Assembly (NCBI GenBank): GCA_022508305.1
Contig: JAFLVM010000001.1
Span: forward strand, 125,347 to 189,346
Direction of reading: 5' to 3'
Source of the DNA: Clostridiales bacterium
GTDB lineage: Bacteria; Bacillota; Clostridia; Christensenellales; CAG-314
Length of the DNA stretch: 64,000 bases
Part shown: positions 9,323 through 19,270 of the stretch, piece by piece
Numbering within the stretch: position 1 is the first letter of the stretch
How the letters are laid out: every line of letters starts with the position of its first letter
Position numbers and translations under genes: made by a program
Notes under the pieces: generated by a model
What the model was told of the DNA's origin: nothing
The model's input: the letters and a program-made list of their open reading frames with translations, nothing else
Databases searched by the model: none

Positions 9323-9898
9323 ATGAATTACGCTACACCGCAAATTGAAGAAATCTTTTTGAACTTTGAGTTGAACTGCGACAAGGCAATCGACTACATG
9401 AAGAACGAGTACAACCTTATGCGCGCAGGTCGTGCCAACCCCAAGTTGGTGGAGAACATTCGCGTTGACTACTACGGCGCGCCAACTCCCATCAACCAAA
9501 TGGGCAATATTTCTATTCCCGAACCGAGATGCCTGTTGATTACCCTTTGGGACAAATCGGCATTGAAGGACGTGGAAAAGGCAATTCTTGCGGCTAACAT
9601 TGGCGTAACTCCGCAAAACGACGGAACCGTGATCCGTTTGACCTTCCCCGTGCTTACTGAAGAACGCCGCAGAGACCTTGTAAAGCAGGTCAAGAAGCTT
9701 GCCGAGGACACCAAGGTGGTTTTGCGTAACGCAAGAAGAGACGCTATGGACGGCTTAAAGAAAGAGAAAAACGCCAAGACCGTTTCGGAAGACCTCATTG
9801 CTAACTACGAAGATGAAGTTGACAAGTCGCTCGCCAAACAAATCGAATTGGTTGACAAACTCGCTAAGGACAAAGAAACGGATGTAATGTCTGTGTAA
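9323..9898 (+). CDS. frr: ribosome recycling factor
   Basis: RAGRANPKLVENIRVDYYG motif. SD GGAGGG lies before ATG 9323 (track start is 9311). Confidence 0.96.
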   Translation: MNYATPQIEEIFLNFELNCDKAIDYMKNEYNLMRAGRANPKLVENIRVDYYGAPTPINQMGNISIPEPRCLLITLWDKSALKDVEKAILAANIGVTPQNDGTVIRLTFPVLTEERRRDLVKQVKKLAEDTKVVLRNARRDAMDGLKKEKNAKTVSEDLIANYEDEVDKSLAKQIELVDKLAKDKETDVMSV

Positions 9899-9905
9899 GC
9901 TACAA

Positions 9906-10103
9906 ATGAATTTCAATGACCTTATCGGACTTGAAGTTTGTGAAGCCCAAAGCGTTTTGCGTAAATCAGGTATAACAAACTTCAAGTTTGTTTATTATGT
10001 AGATAGGAAACAAGTAGACTTTGACAGGGAGTTGGTGACGGCAGTTCGCGAGCATGACGGAATGGTGGAGCTTGTGGTTTGCCGTTACAAATTGAAAATT
10101 TGA
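9906..10103 (+). CDS. 65-aa hypothetical protein (PASTA-like pattern by eye)
   Basis: It fits tightly between frr and uppS and its stop overlaps the uppS ATG (TGATG). There is no obvious SD. Confidence 0.4.
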   Translation: MNFNDLIGLEVCEAQSVLRKSGITNFKFVYYVDRKQVDFDRELVTAVREHDGMVELVVCRYKLKI

Positions 10104-10789
10104 TGAAAAACGTTCCTACACACGTAGCGATAATAATGGACGGCAACGGACGTTGGGCAAAGAGTAAAGGTCTCGCAAGGCTGCACGGTCACAAGCGCGG
10201 CTTGGACGTTGCCGAGCGAATAATTGACCGTTCGCTTGCCGTTGGCGTTAAGTACCTGTCGTTGTACGTCTTTTCTACGGAAAATTGGAAACGTCCCGAG
10301 TCGGAAGTAAACAACCTGTTTTCGTTGGCGGACAGATATCTTAGCCAATTTGAGAAGTTTTGTAAGGACAGAATTCGCGTTGTTGTGTCAGGCGAGCGAG
10401 AAGGATTGCCCTCAAAACTTGTGGAAAAAATTGACAAAATTCAACGCGAAACTTCTAATTTCAATGCAATTTGTGTAAATTTGTGCATAAACTACGGCGG
10501 ACAAAGGGAAATCGTCGAGGCTGTCAAGGCATTGAATAAAAAGGGCGAAGAAATCACCGTAGAGGGCATAAAAGACAATCTCTACAATAAGTTACCCGAG
10601 CCGGACGTGATAATTCGCACGGGCGGACAGAAGCGACTGTCCAACTACCTGCTTTTCCAAAGTGCTTACTCGGAACTGTTCTTTTCCGACACGCTTTGGC
10701 CTGATTTTACAACTGACGAGTACGATGGTATTTTGCAAGAATACGAGCACCGTACTCGCAATTTTGGAGGAATAGATGGCGCTAAATAA
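10103..10789 (+). CDS. uppS: undecaprenyl (isoprenyl) diphosphate synthase
   Basis: HVAIIMDGNGRWA and FSTENWKRP motifs. Confidence 0.96.
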   Translation: MKNVPTHVAIIMDGNGRWAKSKGLARLHGHKRGLDVAERIIDRSLAVGVKYLSLYVFSTENWKRPESEVNNLFSLADRYLSQFEKFCKDRIRVVVSGEREGLPSKLVEKIDKIQRETSNFNAICVNLCINYGGQREIVEAVKALNKKGEEITVEGIKDNLYNKLPEPDVIIRTGGQKRLSNYLLFQSAYSELFFSDTLWPDFTTDEYDGILQEYEHRTRNFGGIDGAK

Positions 10790-11783
10790 AAAATCTTTGC
10801 TTAACCGTGTGTTGGTGGGCATAGCGATTTTTATTGTAATGCTTGGAATGATATTGCTAAATATCTTTTTCACTAACTACGTAGGTGGAGAAGATACTTT
10901 TGTCAGCGGCAGAGCAATCAACTCGGTTATTATTTCCGTGCTGATTTTGCTGTCGGTTATTGAAATGCGCAGAGCTCTCGGCAAGGACAGGATTCCCGAC
11001 TGTTTCAGTTGGCTTTTGTGGCTTTACGCTATTGGAATTATGCCCGTTTACAGTCTGTTTGGCTTCATGGGTATATTGTTCTTCTCGTTGATTGTGTTTA
11101 TTGTTGCGGTGCTAACTGCAATGTTCCGCAACCGCGCAGACAGTCTCATATACATAGCTTTCATGCTCGTTTACCCCGGATTGTTCATGTCAACGTTGTT
11201 GTATCTCAACCGCGCCGAGGCAACGGGCAACTACACGCAATATCTCTACATAGAAAACGATATATGGGTGTATTTGAATGAGTTGTTAGGCACGAAACAC
11301 TCGGTAAGCTACCTGCTTCCTTTAAACGCCCTTGCTTTGGCGTTGGTTTTTTCCGTTTCTACTTTTACCGACACCTTCGCTTATTTTGTCGGCGGACTGT
11401 TCGGCAAACACAAGCTGTGTCCCGACATAAGCCCCAAAAAGACTGTCGAAGGAGCGATAGGCGGAGTTTTCGGCGGCTTAGTAGGTTCTGCGATAGTGTA
11501 TCTGATATTCGACTATTCGCAACTGTTTGGCTATGGAGAACAGTTTGGATTGTCATTTATGGGACTCAAATGGTACTACGTGATGCTAACGTACCTCTTG
11601 ATTGGTCTATTAGGCTCCGCAGCAACGCAAATAGGCGATTTGCTTGCAAGCATGGTCAAGCGCTACTGCGGAATAAAAGATTACAGCAGATTGCTGGGTG
11701 AACACGGCGGAATAATTGACAGGTTGGATGGCATTATGCTCAACTCCGTACTTGTTTCCTTTGTGTTTATGTTCATTTTGTAA
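10776..11783 (+). CDS. cdsA: phosphatidate cytidylyltransferase (long N-terminal membrane extension)
   Basis: C-terminal SPKKTVEGAIGGVFGG and GDLLASMVKR motifs. Synteny after uppS. Confidence 0.9.
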   Translation: MALNKKSLLNRVLVGIAIFIVMLGMILLNIFFTNYVGGEDTFVSGRAINSVIISVLILLSVIEMRRALGKDRIPDCFSWLLWLYAIGIMPVYSLFGFMGILFFSLIVFIVAVLTAMFRNRADSLIYIAFMLVYPGLFMSTLLYLNRAEATGNYTQYLYIENDIWVYLNELLGTKHSVSYLLPLNALALALVFSVSTFTDTFAYFVGGLFGKHKLCPDISPKKTVEGAIGGVFGGLVGSAIVYLIFDYSQLFGYGEQFGLSFMGLKWYYVMLTYLLIGLLGSAATQIGDLLASMVKRYCGIKDYSRLLGEHGGIIDRLDGIMLNSVLVSFVFMFIL

Positions 11784-12883
11784 TGAAAAAAGTTGCAATA
11801 CTTGGAAGTACTGGCTCAATCGGCACTCAAACCTTAGACGTTATACGTAGTAACAGCGACAAGTTGAAGGTATGTTCACTTGTCGCCTATTCCAATGAGG
11901 CAAAACTGAGTGAACAAGTTAAAGAATTTTCTCCTCAGTACTTCGCGTTGATTAGTCGCGACGGCGAGGACTGCCTTATTGACGCCGTAAAAGACTGTGA
12001 CATCGCGGTAGTTGCAACTCGCGGTATAACAGCGCTCGATAGCATACTGTACTGTCTTGACAACGGTATTGACGTTGCATTAGCCAACAAAGAGGCGCTT
12101 GTGTGCGCAGGTGAGTTGGTAATGTCAAGAGTTGGCAAAGCAAAGCTGTACCCGATAGACAGTGAGCATTGCGCTATCAGTCAATGCTTGATAGGTCGCG
12201 ACAAATCCACCTTGTCCAAAATTTTACTTACCGCAAGCGGCGGGCCGTTTTGGAACACGGACGCAAAGTTACTTCGTTCGGTTACAGCTGCTGACGCCTT
12301 GAAACACCCAAACTGGAGCATGGGCAACAAGATTACAGTTGACAGCGCGACGATGATGAACAAGTCGTTGGAAGTTATCGAAGCAAGCTTTTTGTTCGGC
12401 GTGCCTGTTGAGCAAATCCAAATAGTTGTACATAGACAAAGCGTTGTACATTCAATGGTGGAGTTCAAGGACGGCGGCGTAATTGCCCAACTTGCTACCC
12501 CCGACATGCGTTTGCCAATTCAAACCGCGCTGTTGGGCGAACAAGGCAAACACAGTGTAAAACCTGTTAGTTTCGAGCAAATACTTTCGCTTAGCTTTGA
12601 AAAATGTAATTTCGACAAGTTCCCTTGCGCGCGTTTGGGGTATGAGATATGGAAATATTCACCATTGTCAAGAACGGTGATGAACGGCGCAAACGACGCG
12701 TGCGTGGAAGGATTTTTGCAGGGTAAGTTGTCTTTTGACAATTTTTACAATATAATACTAAAAGTAGTAGACCGTTTTGCCGACGCTGTGTCTTGTGAGC
12801 AGCTAACCGTTCGCAATATCAAGCGTTTTGACAGTGAGGCAAAGGTTTACGCAAAAAAATTGATTGACGGAGAAATATGCTAA
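11783..12883 (+). CDS. dxr: 1-deoxy-D-xylulose 5-phosphate reductoisomerase
   Basis: ILGSTGSIGTQTLDV and NKSLEVIEA motifs. Confidence 0.96.
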   Translation: MKKVAILGSTGSIGTQTLDVIRSNSDKLKVCSLVAYSNEAKLSEQVKEFSPQYFALISRDGEDCLIDAVKDCDIAVVATRGITALDSILYCLDNGIDVALANKEALVCAGELVMSRVGKAKLYPIDSEHCAISQCLIGRDKSTLSKILLTASGGPFWNTDAKLLRSVTAADALKHPNWSMGNKITVDSATMMNKSLEVIEASFLFGVPVEQIQIVVHRQSVVHSMVEFKDGGVIAQLATPDMRLPIQTALLGEQGKHSVKPVSFEQILSLSFEKCNFDKFPCARLGYEIWKYSPLSRTVMNGANDACVEGFLQGKLSFDNFYNIILKVVDRFADAVSCEQLTVRNIKRFDSEAKVYAKKLIDGEIC

Positions 12884-14178
12884 ATCTGCTTTGCGATTTC
12901 GCATCGGTAATGAAAACAATAGGCTACGTTTTGTTGGCGTTTGTAGTACTCATGGTAATGGTACTCATCCACGAAACGGGTCACTACACCGCAGGAAAGC
13001 TGTTGGGATTTCAAATAAATGAATTTGCAATCGGAATGGGTCCCAAAATTCTTTCCAAAAAGAAGAAAAACGGCGAAGTTTTTTCGCTGCGTTTGCTGCC
13101 GCTCGGCGGTTTTTGCGCATTTGAGGGGGAAAACGACGAGGTGGAAAACCCCAAGGCATTCAACAGACAAAAGCCTTGGAAACGCCTTATCGTGTTATTT
13201 TCCGGCGCCTTTTTCAACTTTGTGTCGGCTATTCTAATTGCAATTATCGTATTTTCGGCATACGGCGAAACGGTAGTAGTTGTGAACAACGTGTACGAGT
13301 ACGCTCCCGAGGCAAACTACCAACAAATACAAAGCGGTGACGTAATTTACAAGGTTAACGGTAGGCGCGTCTACATATTGGACAGCCTGAGTCGCTACTT
13401 TACCGATGATGAAATGACTTTGACAGTGCTTCGTCCTGACTGTGTAGACGAGAACGGCAACACGGTGTACGTTGAGAAAACGTTGACTAACATAACGCAA
13501 GGCACCTTTACTACTTTTACTCTTACCAAAGTTGACGGTAATTTTGCAGATGCAAACAATCGCAAATTGAAGGTTGGCGATACGGTATACAAAATAAACG
13601 ATCGGTTGATTTGTCAAGCCGACGACTGGGATGAAGGGTTGAATGCGGTTGGCGACACCTTTACGCTGACTGTGACCGACGGCGAGCATTATTACACCTA
13701 CGAGATGGCAAAAAGCTATTTTAACAGCGATATCGTTGCCGAACCGCAGGCGTATACAGGCATCGCAATGTCCATTCACTACGACAAATTCAAGTTTGGA
13801 TTTGGTGAAGTGCTGATTCGAGTCGTACCTTACTGCTGTGAAGTGGGAATGCTCGTTTTGCGTACTTTAGGAGGATTGTTAACAGGCGCGGTAGGTATTG
13901 AAAGCGTTGGTGGACCAATTACCACCATAAGCATGACTACGCAAATCGTGTCTACGGGCTTTGCAAACGTCTTGATGCTGATAGTGCTTATTTCCGTCAA
14001 CCTTGCAGTGTTCAACCTGCTGCCCGTACCTGCGCTTGACGGCTGTCAAATGGTGTTCGTCATTATCGAATGGATTGCGGGCAAACCAATCAACAGAAAG
14101 GTTCAGTCCTACATCAACGGCATAGGACTTGTAGTATTGATAGTGTTAATGTTGTTGATAGATATACTAAAACTATGA
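12877..14178 (+). CDS. rseP: RIP (site-2) zinc metalloprotease RseP/RasP
   Basis: HETGHY and NLLPVPALDG motifs with a central PDZ-like region. Confidence 0.92.
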   Translation: MLNLLCDFASVMKTIGYVLLAFVVLMVMVLIHETGHYTAGKLLGFQINEFAIGMGPKILSKKKKNGEVFSLRLLPLGGFCAFEGENDEVENPKAFNRQKPWKRLIVLFSGAFFNFVSAILIAIIVFSAYGETVVVVNNVYEYAPEANYQQIQSGDVIYKVNGRRVYILDSLSRYFTDDEMTLTVLRPDCVDENGNTVYVEKTLTNITQGTFTTFTLTKVDGNFADANNRKLKVGDTVYKINDRLICQADDWDEGLNAVGDTFTLTVTDGEHYYTYEMAKSYFNSDIVAEPQAYTGIAMSIHYDKFKFGFGEVLIRVVPYCCEVGMLVLRTLGGLLTGAVGIESVGGPITTISMTTQIVSTGFANVLMLIVLISVNLAVFNLLPVPALDGCQMVFVIIEWIAGKPINRKVQSYINGIGLVVLIVLMLLIDILKL

Positions 14179-15224
14179 GAAATCCAACCAAAGAAGTTAA
14201 AATACGCAATATTAGTATTGGCGGTAGCAATCCCATTGCCATTCAGTCAATGACCAACATGTCTGTAACGAACGTTGAGGCTACTTTGCGACAAATTGAA
14301 CAGTGTGTTGAGGCGGGCTGCGATATTATGCGCGTTGCTGTGCCCAACGCGGACGCGGCAAAGGCCTTTGCAATCGTACGAAAGCAAACGGCGACGCCTC
14401 TTGTTGCAGACATACACTTTGATTACCGCTTGGCGATTGCCGCCATTAAATCGGGAGCGGACAAAGTTCGAATAAACCCCGGCAATATGTCAATAGAGCA
14501 GTTGGACAGTGTGATAGACTGCGCAAAACTACACCGCGTACCTATTCGAATCGGCGTGAACAGCGGTTCTGTCAACAAGGACGCTCTGAAGGCCGCAAAT
14601 GGCGACAAGGTGAAAGCGCTTGCTAACAGTCTTATGCAATACGTTCGCCACTTTGAAGAGCGTAATTTCACTGATTTGGTTTTGTCGGTTAAAAGCAGCG
14701 ACGTGCGCGAAACTGTGGAAACTAACAAGTTTGTCGCTCAACTTGGCTATCCTCTGCACCTTGGAGTTACGGAAGCAGGGTTGCTCAATCAAGGCTTGGT
14801 AAAAAACTCAATTGGTATTGGCAGCTTGCTGTTGGACGGTATTGGCGACACGATTCGAGTTTCGCTAACGTCCGACCCCGTTGACGAGGTGTACGCTGCC
14901 AAAGATATTCTAACTTCGCTTGGACTGAGAAGCGGTGTGACCTTCGTGTCCTGCCCAAAGTGCGGGCGGTGCAGTATTGACCTTGAAAACGTAGCCAATG
15001 AGATTTACGACTATGTAAAAAACATTAACAAAAGCCTGAAAGTTGCTGTTATGGGCTGCGAAGTCAACGGTCCGGGTGAGTGTAGTGACGCAGACCTGGG
15101 TATGGCGGGCGCAAACGGCAGTTTCGTCTTTTTCAAAAAGGGACAAAGGTACAAAACGGTAGAGGCGGCTTCGGCTGCAAGTGAATTTAAAAAAGAAATT
15201 GATTTACTGACAAATGATAATTGA
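14175..15224 (+). CDS. ispG: 4-hydroxy-3-methylbut-2-enyl diphosphate synthase
   Basis: IGGSNPIAIQSMTN and CPKCGRC motifs. ATG 14175 overlaps the rseP stop. The track start at 14070 would lie inside rseP. Confidence 0.94.
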   Translation: MRNPTKEVKIRNISIGGSNPIAIQSMTNMSVTNVEATLRQIEQCVEAGCDIMRVAVPNADAAKAFAIVRKQTATPLVADIHFDYRLAIAAIKSGADKVRINPGNMSIEQLDSVIDCAKLHRVPIRIGVNSGSVNKDALKAANGDKVKALANSLMQYVRHFEERNFTDLVLSVKSSDVRETVETNKFVAQLGYPLHLGVTEAGLLNQGLVKNSIGIGSLLLDGIGDTIRVSLTSDPVDEVYAAKDILTSLGLRSGVTFVSCPKCGRCSIDLENVANEIYDYVKNINKSLKVAVMGCEVNGPGECSDADLGMAGANGSFVFFKKGQRYKTVEAASAASEFKKEIDLLTNDN

Positions 15225-16854
15225 CAAGCTACACAAACAATTTCCAAATTTAGATGAGTTGCGTATGAGAGAAATTCGCGTTGACAGACAGCAGCGAAAG
15301 GTTTTTTGCACGCTCTCACATCCACGCGCTTTGGATTTTGACGCCAACTTGAAGAAGGAAATTGCAGACACCATTTCCGCCGAGTTGCCCCAAGGTTACG
15401 CTTGCTCAATCAAATACGCGCAAGACGACTTCACAGTGGTTAGCTTTCAAAAACTTCTCGTAGAACTAATCAAAAAACAGTATCCAATTTACGCAAATAT
15501 AAGCAGAAACAAAATTGAAGTAATTGTAACGGGCAGAAGTATAAACGTCGTTTTCGTCGTCAGCGAAGTCGTCAAAAAGAACATGGAAATTTCCGAGTTT
15601 TGCGAGAAACTAACAAGTTATTTCCAAGAATACACAAGTTACGACGTCAATTTTGCGTTGAAGTTGGACGAGCTGTCAACGGCTTCCGTCAACGTGTCCG
15701 AGCAGGAAAAATTAGTGCAGTTGGCAATTAACAGGGAACTGCTAAAGCCGTCGCGTCACTTCAGTATTACTAACGTAAAAAAGTACATCGGCAAGGAAAT
15801 AATCTCGATGCCTATGTACATATTGGATGCGAAGAAACCAATGGATTCCTGCGTGCTTTGCGGTACAATTTCCGCCAAAACCGTCCGCGCGGCAAAAAAT
15901 AATCCGCTGTTGCACGTTTGCTCGTTCACTTTGACCGACGGCACTGGCAATTCTATGCCTTGCATTTTGTTCGTACGGTTGCAAATTACCGACGTAGAAA
16001 CCATTATGAATGAGACTGGCAAGGGCGAAGCTGAGGCTAAAACTCTATCTCAAACTCGCGGTTTCGCAAACGACAAGAAGCTCAAACAGCTGACGTTGCT
16101 TGCTGACGGAACTTCGGTGGCGGTGCGCGGCAAGGTTGCCTACAACCAAAACGGCGAACGGCTTGAAATGGTGGTCTACGATTTGTGCAAGTGCAAAATT
16201 GACACTATTTCTCATTCAAGTGAAGCGTCGCGTAAGGTGGCGGACGAATATCTGCTTGTAAAACCCGAAGACTCTTCCGAGTACAGACAAATAAATTTTG
16301 TGGACAACTCGTCCAAAAAATCTTTGCTTACGGGTAAAAGCTACGTAGTTCTGCACGTTAACACGACCGGCTACAACGTCATCGAGGACAAAATTTACGC
16401 TATTTGCGCCGTTAAATTGGTGGACGGACACGTTACCGAGCGATTTTTTACCTACGTAAACCCCGAGTGTGACGTGGACAAAAAATCATTGGAACTGTGT
16501 GGACTGTCCCAAAGCAAATTCATTTTCCACCCGACGATTACGGAAATAATTTCCGATTTGTACAAATTCACCTACGGGTGTAGACTTGTGGGTAACAATC
16601 TACGTCAGATAGTGGACATGTTGAATTATTACGCAACGCCTGTTGGGTACAGGTTCACAAACGGAACGGACAATCAGGTGGAGCTTCTTGGCGCGTTGTT
16701 TGAAAACAGCATATTGAACGTGTCCGTAAATTTGGCAAAGCTGGACGACGTTGCAAAGAAATGCAAGGTGGAGTGCCCAAGTACCGTATTTTGCGCGGAT
16801 ACCGCTTTGACCGTAGCGCGTTGCATGAGCGTTCTATCGTATAATTCTAAGTAG
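15214..16854 (+). CDS. PolC N-terminal-like protein (NTD + OB-fold + degenerate DEDD exonuclease domain; no polymerase or PHP core)
   Basis: It occupies the polC position before rimP. An OB-like segment is VLCGTISAKTV...FTLTDGTGNSMPCILF. Exo motif I reads YVVLHVNTTG instead of YVVFDVETTG. Confidence 0.7.
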   Translation: MIIDKLHKQFPNLDELRMREIRVDRQQRKVFCTLSHPRALDFDANLKKEIADTISAELPQGYACSIKYAQDDFTVVSFQKLLVELIKKQYPIYANISRNKIEVIVTGRSINVVFVVSEVVKKNMEISEFCEKLTSYFQEYTSYDVNFALKLDELSTASVNVSEQEKLVQLAINRELLKPSRHFSITNVKKYIGKEIISMPMYILDAKKPMDSCVLCGTISAKTVRAAKNNPLLHVCSFTLTDGTGNSMPCILFVRLQITDVETIMNETGKGEAEAKTLSQTRGFANDKKLKQLTLLADGTSVAVRGKVAYNQNGERLEMVVYDLCKCKIDTISHSSEASRKVADEYLLVKPEDSSEYRQINFVDNSSKKSLLTGKSYVVLHVNTTGYNVIEDKIYAICAVKLVDGHVTERFFTYVNPECDVDKKSLELCGLSQSKFIFHPTITEIISDLYKFTYGCRLVGNNLRQIVDMLNYYATPVGYRFTNGTDNQVELLGALFENSILNVSVNLAKLDDVAKKCKVECPSTVFCADTALTVARCMSVLSYNSK

Positions 16855-16983
16855 AAGTAGCAACCGTCACAAAACCGTCCATTTGGTTTGCAAACAAAGT
16901 GATGTTTTTGCTTTTATTTGATACGATCACGTCATTAATTAATATAATTTCACGTTTGTTTAATATTATTTTGTATTTTATAG

Positions 16984-17012
16984 TTGTCAAACTATATTAT
17001 ATGTGGTATACT
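16984..17012 (+). promoter_or_regulatory. sigma-A promoter of the rimP-nusA-infB operon
   Basis: TTGTCA-17 nt-TATACT. Confidence 0.6.
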
Positions 17013-17101
17013 AAGTACGGTAAATTGAGTAAATTTGCCGCGCAAGAACGTCGAAACGGCGTTTGAGCGAGCTTCGCCAAAGTTAATTAAGACTTATTTG
17101 G

Positions 17102-17128
17102 TGACAGTGGGGTTTTTCTCCACTGTCA
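17102..17128 (+). promoter_or_regulatory. strong leader hairpin (possible attenuator) upstream of rimP
   Basis: TGACAGTGG / CCACTGTCA 9-bp stem, extendable to 11 bp, with a TTTTT loop. The 3-prime tract is poor in U. Confidence 0.5.
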
Positions 17129-17160
17129 ACTTCGTATAAAGAGGTTTTACAGGAGATTTT

Positions 17161-17619
17161 ATGGGAAAGGTATCCGATCAGGTATTTGCGCTCGTACAGC
17201 CTATTGCGGAAAGTTTTGGTCTTGAAGTGATAGAGGTACTTTACGAAAAAAAATACGACGGAATGAATTTGACCGTCGTAATAGACAAAGACGGTGGCGT
17301 AACGATTGACGACTGCGAAAAACTACACAAAGCAATAGACGCTCCGCTCGACGAACTCGACCCCATTGACACGGCGTACATTCTAAACGTATCCTCACCC
17401 GGAATAGACCGCCCTTTGAAAACCGAACGCGACTACAAGCGCAATTTCAACAGGAAAATTTCCGTTCGTCTGTACACGCCTCAAAATGGCAAAAAGGCGT
17501 ACGAAGGGCTACTTGTAGCGTACGACGAAGAAACACTAACCGTTGAACTCAAAAACGGTGACAAAATTACATTTAACAAAAAAGATACGGCAAAAATTGA
17601 GCCTGTAATCGAATTTTAG
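17161..17619 (+). CDS. rimP: ribosome maturation factor RimP
   Basis: ILNVSSPGIDRPLK motif. Synteny before nusA. Confidence 0.93.
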   Translation: MGKVSDQVFALVQPIAESFGLEVIEVLYEKKYDGMNLTVVIDKDGGVTIDDCEKLHKAIDAPLDELDPIDTAYILNVSSPGIDRPLKTERDYKRNFNRKISVRLYTPQNGKKAYEGLLVAYDEETLTVELKNGDKITFNKKDTAKIEPVIEF

Positions 17620-17631
17620 GAGGACACAATC

Positions 17632-18726
17632 ATGATCAGCAAAGAGTTTTTTCTCGCTCTGGACGAACTGGAAGAAGTAAAGGGTATAAGCAAGGAAAAG
17701 GTTATCGAATCACTTGAAACAGCCCTGACAATCGCCTGCAAAAAGAATTACGGCGAGGCTTCCAATATAGTGGTTAAAATTTTCCCCGAAAAAACCGCTA
17801 TTCGCGTTTACATCAGCAAGACGGTAGTGGAAAACGTTGAAACTCCGGAGAAGGAAATTTCTTTAGAGGAAGCGCGCCTTATCAAAAAATCGTATAAACT
17901 TGGCGACGAGGTGCTGACGGAAATTGATCCGCGCGGCTTTGGCAGAATTGCCGCTCAAAACGCAAGACAGGTCATCATGAACAGCTTGCATCAGGCGGAA
18001 AAGGACGTGACCTTCAGTCAATACATGGACAAGGAAAACGAGCTACTCATCGGCGTTGTGTCTCGCGTCAAGGACGACGGAACTATCTACGTTGAAATAG
18101 GCAAAAACCAAATGGAAGGCGTGCTTACAGTTCAGGAGCAAATCCCCGGTGAAAAATATCGCGCAGGCGACCGCATTAAGGTGCTTGTAAAGCGTGTCCG
18201 CGACGGCGTAGGCGGAACTCAGGTTATGCTTTCCCGCGCAAGCTTTTTGTTCATCAAGCGCCTATTCGAAAACGAAGTTCCCGAAATCCGTGCAGATATC
18301 GTTCAAATTAAGAGTATTGTTCGTGAAGCGGGCTTCCGTACCAAAATGGCAGTGTATTCTACCGACCCCGAAATTGATGCCGTTGGCGCGTGCGTAGGTA
18401 ACAAGGGCGTTCGCGTAAACGCAATTGTGTCGGAAATAGGCGGCGAAAAAATTGATATTATTCCTTGGAGCAGTGACATTTTGGACTACATTGCAAGAGC
18501 TTTGTCTCCCGCTAAGGTGCTTATCGTTCAGGCAGACGAGGAAAACAAAGAGGCTAAGGTTGTAGTTCCTGACGAAAAGCTGTCGCTTGCAATCGGCAAG
18601 GAAGGACAAAACGCTCGCCTTGCCGCAAAGCTCACAGGCTGGAAGATTGACGTTAAATCCTACACCGCAGCGATGCAAAGCGGTATGTTTGACGAAATGA
18701 ACGGATCTGACGAGGTTGACGAATAG
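17632..18726 (+). CDS. nusA: transcription termination/antitermination factor NusA
   Basis: N-terminal domain, S1 and two KH regions ([33 protein letters not shown]). Confidence 0.97.
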   Translation: MISKEFFLALDELEEVKGISKEKVIESLETALTIACKKNYGEASNIVVKIFPEKTAIRVYISKTVVENVETPEKEISLEEARLIKKSYKLGDEVLTEIDPRGFGRIAAQNARQVIMNSLHQAEKDVTFSQYMDKENELLIGVVSRVKDDGTIYVEIGKNQMEGVLTVQEQIPGEKYRAGDRIKVLVKRVRDGVGGTQVMLSRASFLFIKRLFENEVPEIRADIVQIKSIVREAGFRTKMAVYSTDPEIDAVGACVGNKGVRVNAIVSEIGGEKIDIIPWSSDILDYIARALSPAKVLIVQADEENKEAKVVVPDEKLSLAIGKEGQNARLAAKLTGWKIDVKSYTAAMQSGMFDEMNGSDEVDE

Positions 18727-18983
18727 TGGCTACCAAGAAAATTCCCGAAAGAATGTGCGTTTGCTGCCGTCAGATGTTGCCCAAAAATCAGTTAATACGT
18801 ATCGTCAACACACCTGACGGAGTTGTGGTAGACTTGACGGGCAAACTGAACGGTCGTGGCGTGTATCTGTGCAAGACGAAGGCGTGCCTCAACAAAGCGC
18901 TCAAAAATAAAGGCTTTGTTAAGCAACACGGATTTTCGCTTGAGACGGTAGCGCATGAGTTGGAGAACTTAGTTGAAGAGTAA
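18726..18983 (+). CDS. ylxR: YlxR/DUF448 RNA-binding protein
   Basis: RMCVCCRQ...GRGVYLC motif. GTG start overlaps the nusA stop. Confidence 0.9.
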   Translation: MATKKIPERMCVCCRQMLPKNQLIRIVNTPDGVVVDLTGKLNGRGVYLCKTKACLNKALKNKGFVKQHGFSLETVAHELENLVEE

Positions 18984-19254
18984 AGTAGAAACTTACATAG
19001 GATTTGCGATAAAAAAAGGATCTGCGGTTTTGGGCTGTGACAGTATCAAAAGCTGCAAAAAGCATATGCAACTTTTGCTGTACACGGCTAACCTTTCCGA
19101 CAACTCTTTGTCGGTGCTCAGAGAGGTGTCCGCGCGAACAGGTTGCCAGCTTGCGCAAATCGATGAGTACGAAATCCTCAAAATGAGAAACTGTAAGGCG
19201 TTGGCTATTTGCGACAAATCGTTAGCCAATGCAATTTGTGAAAATTTGATGTAG
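18973..19254 (+). CDS. ylxQ: L7Ae-family RNA-binding protein YlxQ
   Basis: Position between ylxR and inf[14 protein letters not shown] pattern. TTG start. Confidence 0.8.
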   Translation: MKSKVETYIGFAIKKGSAVLGCDSIKSCKKHMQLLLYTANLSDNSLSVLREVSARTGCQLAQIDEYEILKMRNCKALAICDKSLANAICENLM

Positions 19255-19270
19255 ATTGCTGGGAGGAAAT

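Noticed and set aside
14070-14174. N-terminal extensions of track ORFs: ispG from 14070, uppS from 10079, ribF from 23916, scpA from 51593, spoIIIAF from 30672, and others.
   Set aside because: The extensions overlap the preceding gene, and internal ATGs match family N-termini. In several cases (scpA 51611, spoIIIAF 30702) the internal ATG also abuts or overlaps the upstream stop.
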